In this document: positions 62,030 through 64,000 of the stretch, piece after piece | How positions within the stretch are numbered: position 1 is the first letter of the stretch | How the letters are laid out: each line of letters opens with the position of its first letter | Assembly (NCBI GenBank): GCA_041661185.1 | Contig: JBAZUV010000001.1 | Span: 35,616-99,615, forward strand | From: Elusimicrobiota bacterium | GTDB lineage: Bacteria > Elusimicrobiota > Elusimicrobia > UBA1565 | Length of the DNA stretch: 64,000 nt | Direction: 5' to 3' | Notes under the pieces: model-generated | Told to the model about the DNA's origin: nothing | The model's database searches: none | What the model saw: only the letters and a program-made list of their open reading frames with translations | Translations under genes and position numbers: made by a program

Positions 62030-62598
62030 GTTAGGGACTCTCCTTTTGAGCCTGCCGAGTGCGGCAGGCTTTTGTTTGTACACGCGGTGTCTTTTCGCCC
62101 GGCTCGGTGATTGGCCGAGCGGGCCGCCGTGAAAAGCCAGTCCGAGAGACGGTTCAGATACGAGAGATTGGGTTTGCCTGCATTGGGGCCCAGGGCCGAG
62201 AGGGCCCGCTCGGCGGTGCGGCAGGCAGTGCGCGCCAAGTGCAGGCTTGCCGCTTGCGGGGTCCCGCCCGGAAGTATGCAGGAATTGATCTGCGGCAGGT
62301 CCCCGGACATTTGGTCGATCTCATGCTCCAGGACCGCGATCCAGGAGGGGGTCGAAGGGTGGGGGGCTTCTTGGCCGGAGACGGTGGCGGCCAGGAGGAA
62401 GAGCTCTTTCTGGATGCGCTCAAGCGCATCCTCAAGCTGGGAGCGCTTTGCCGGCTGCAGCGAGAGCGCCGCTCCCAGCCTGGAGCTTAGTTCATCGAGC
62501 TCGCCGCAGGCCGCGATGACGGGATGGTCCTTGCGGACCCTTCCGCCCTTGCGCAGGCTCGTCATGCCCGAATCGCCCGTGCGCGTATATATCTTCAT
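62026..62598 (-). CDS. ATP:cob(I)alamin adenosyltransferase, PduO type
   Basis: MKIYTRTGDSGMTSL N-terminus, plus ..CGELDEL.S..G, LPGG...AA.LH.ART.CR.AER and YLNRLSD.LF..AR are hallmark PduO/MMAB-family motifs. Confidence 0.9.
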   Translation of the reverse strand: MKIYTRTGDSGMTSLRKGGRVRKDHPVIAACGELDELSSRLGAALSLQPAKRSQLEDALERIQKELFLLAATVSGQEAPHPSTPSWIAVLEHEIDQMSGDLPQINSCILPGGTPQAASLHLARTACRTAERALSALGPNAGKPNLSYLNRLSDWLFTAARSANHRAGRKDTACTNKSLPHSAGSKGESLT

Positions 62599-62602
62599 CT
62601 AT

Positions 62603-62634
62603 TATCGGAGATGCCGAAGGAGGCATCTCCGATA
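62603..62634. other. perfect 13-bp stem-loop abutting the adenosyltransferase start codon
   Basis: TATCGGAGATGCC-GAAGGA-GGCATCTCCGATA. On the minus-strand mRNA it ends 4 nt before the ATG at 62598. Confidence 0.5.
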
Positions 62635-62862
62635 GTCATTATGGAATATCCGCCCCCTGCCCGGCAATCCGTCGGGCGGAGCCTGCGTTGCCCTCCTTGC
62701 GCGCGTACCCTCCGCTCCGCCCGAAAGAGTGGTTCACCCAGCCGATTTCACCGCTGTCGGTAATAGCATTCACTTAGGCATACGCACACTGAAATTTAAA
62801 ATTAATCATCATTTAAGCGTAATAATATACAAATAGTGATAGCAATACTATAAAACAAAGTA

Positions 62863-62892
62863 TTGACATCGATTCGTTATGCATGCTATACT
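62863..62892 (+). promoter_or_regulatory. near-consensus sigma70-type promoter for hsdM
   Basis: TTGACA - 18 nt - TATACT, with a TG at the extended -10 position (aTGcTATACT). It is embedded in a strongly AT-rich tract. An AAGGAGA SD and the ATG at 62927 follow. Confidence 0.6.
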
Positions 62893-62926
62893 AAGGACGT
62901 TCGCTTTTGAAGGAGATATTTCAGCC

Positions 62927-64000
62927 ATGGCAAAACTAACCCTTGAAGCCCTGACGAGCCACCTCTGGGAGTCCGCCAATATTCTCAGGGGGAGTATCGA
63001 CGCTTCCGACTACAAGAACTATATCTTCGGCCTTCTTTTTCTGAAGAGGCTGTCCGATGTCTTCGATGAAGAGGCCGAGAAGCTGCTCAAGGAGGGCAAG
63101 AGCAAAAAAATCGCCTTGGAAGACCCGGACGAGCATGAGTTTTTCGTGTCGCCCAAAGCCCATTGGAATCATCTCACCGGCTTGACCCACAACCTGGGAG
63201 ATGCCATCAACAAGGGCAATGACCTTCTTGAAGAGCACAACCGAGTTTTGGAGGGAGTCCTTTCCGCCACGGACTTCAATGATAAGGACCGGCTGCCGGA
63301 CAGCACCCTGGCCAAGCTTATCATCCACTTCTCCAAGATCAGGCTTCGCAATGGGGACCTTGCCGAGCCCGATATGCTCGGCCGGGCCTATGAATACCTC
63401 ATCGCCCAATTCGCCGATGACGCCGGCAAGAAGGGCGGCGAGTTTTATACGCCCAAAGAGGTCGTCACCCTGCTGGTGGAAATCCTGGACCCGCGGGAAG
63501 GCATGTATGTCTGCGACCCTGCCTGCGGTTCCGGGGGAATGCTGGTCCAGGCCGTCTACCATCTCAAGTCTTTGCGGCAGAACACCAGGAACATCGTGCT
63601 CCACGGGCAGGAGCGCAACATCGGGACCTGGGCCATTTGCAAGATGAACATGCTCCTGCACGGAATTTCCGGCGCCCGGATCGAGAAGGGAGATACTATC
63701 CGGGAGCCCAAGCTCTCGCAGAAGGGCAAGCTCATCGAGTACGACACGGTGATCGCGAATCCGCCGTTTTCTCTCAAGAACTGGGGCATCGAATCGGCTG
63801 AGAGCGATTCCTTCGGCCGGTTCAAGTACGGCATCCCGCCTCAAAGCTACGGCGATTTCGCTTTCGTCCAGCACATGATCGCCACGCTCAAACCCACGGG
63901 CCGGGCAGGCATCGTGCTGCCCCATGGCGTGCTCTTCCGGGGAGGGGCCGAGGGCAAGATCAGGCAGGGCATTCTCGAAGAGGATCTGGTCGAGGCGGTG
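62927..64000 (+). CDS. hsdM: type I restriction-modification system, DNA methyltransferase subunit M (partial; runs off the right edge)
   Basis: Absent from the ORF track (edge-truncated). Translation is MAKLTLEALTSHLWESANILRGSIDASDYKNYIFGLLFLKRLSDVFDEE... (HsdM N-terminal domain). It continues with GEFYTPKEVV, motif I DPACGSGGML and motif IV ANPPFS. GC is lower than in the flanking genes. Confidence 0.93.
   Translation, partial: MAKLTLEALTSHLWESANILRGSIDASDYKNYIFGLLFLKRLSDVFDEEAEKLLKEGKSKKIALEDPDEHEFFVSPKAHWNHLTGLTHNLGDAINKGNDLLEEHNRVLEGVLSATDFNDKDRLPDSTLAKLIIHFSKIRLRNGDLAEPDMLGRAYEYLIAQFADDAGKKGGEFYTPKEVVTLLVEILDPREGMYVCDPACGSGGMLVQAVYHLKSLRQNTRNIVLHGQERNIGTWAICKMNMLLHGISGARIEKGDTIREPKLSQKGKLIEYDTVIANPPFSLKNWGIESAESDSFGRFKYGIPPQSYGDFAFVQHMIATLKPTGRAGIVLPHGVLFRGGAEGKIRQGILEEDLVEAV

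Noticed and set aside
62524-62763. 79-aa plus-strand ORF (or a 40-aa version from ATG 62641) downstream of a GAAGGAGG sequence
   Set aside because: The SD-like GAAGGAGG is the loop of the 62603-62634 hairpin and sits about 17 nt from the ATG. The peptide is Arg/Pro/Cys-rich with no motif, and the 5' part overlaps the adenosyltransferase gene.
62936-63925. 329-aa minus-strand ORF at the right edge (the only track ORF covering this region)
   Set aside because: The plus strand encodes an HsdM methylase with motifs DPACGSGGML and NPPF, preceded by a promoter and SD. That ORF is missing from the track only because it is truncated by the window edge. The minus ORF has no motifs.

Overview
GC-rich bacterial chromosome segment. 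Third codon positions are mostly G/C and long antisense shadow ORFs are common. An outer-membrane porin and lipoprotein signal peptides suggest a diderm organism. No rRNA genes, CRISPR arrays, transposases or integrases were seen.

**Housekeeping content**
- A long minus-strand gene string at about 10.8-22.1 kb: infC-rpmI-rplT-pheS-pheT-zapB-like-zapA-rarA-xseA-xseB-pfk, then an Fe-S protein and an FAH-family hydrolase. Many junctions use 4-nt ATGA-type overlaps.
- A plus-strand block at 25.9-33.8 kb: hpt-ftsH-glmM-pdxJ-glmS-nnrD-tsaE.
- A phosphate block at 34.9-50.5 kb: a PhoB/PhoR-like two-component pair, a four-gene operon, then porin-pstSCAB-phoU.
- A block at 50.6-60.7 kb: tsaB-rimI-TPR protein-ispE-spoVG-tRNA-Gln-glmU-prs-ctc(L25)-pth-pmbA. 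The ispE-to-pth stretch matches the gene order known from Bacillus subtilis.

**Most interesting regions**
1. The translationally coupled operon at 37.5-44.2 kb, just downstream of the PhoBR-like pair. It encodes a PafA/NPP-type phosphatase, a 947-aa signal-peptide polytopic membrane protein whose C-terminal domain carries type-II PI4-kinase-like catalytic motifs, a cytoplasmic GH13 enzyme and a small membrane protein.
2. An accessory insertion between infC and hpt (22.1-25.9 kb). It holds an orphan REC-HK-REC hybrid kinase and a lower-GC RelE/ParE-RHH toxin-antitoxin cassette. Long palindromic elements delimit it. Two of these are inverted homologous copies with compensatory stem substitutions.
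3. Pho-box-like 11-bp-periodic repeats and a shared motif upstream of three phosphate-related promoters.
4. A dispersed hairpin repeat family (GTCAYYCCGGCGRAAGCCGGRRYCCAG) at four loci.
5. An AT-rich boundary at about 62.76 kb, followed by a near-consensus promoter and a type I R-M hsdM gene that runs off the right edge.

All functional calls rest on reading the translations and recalling family motifs. No database search was possible.
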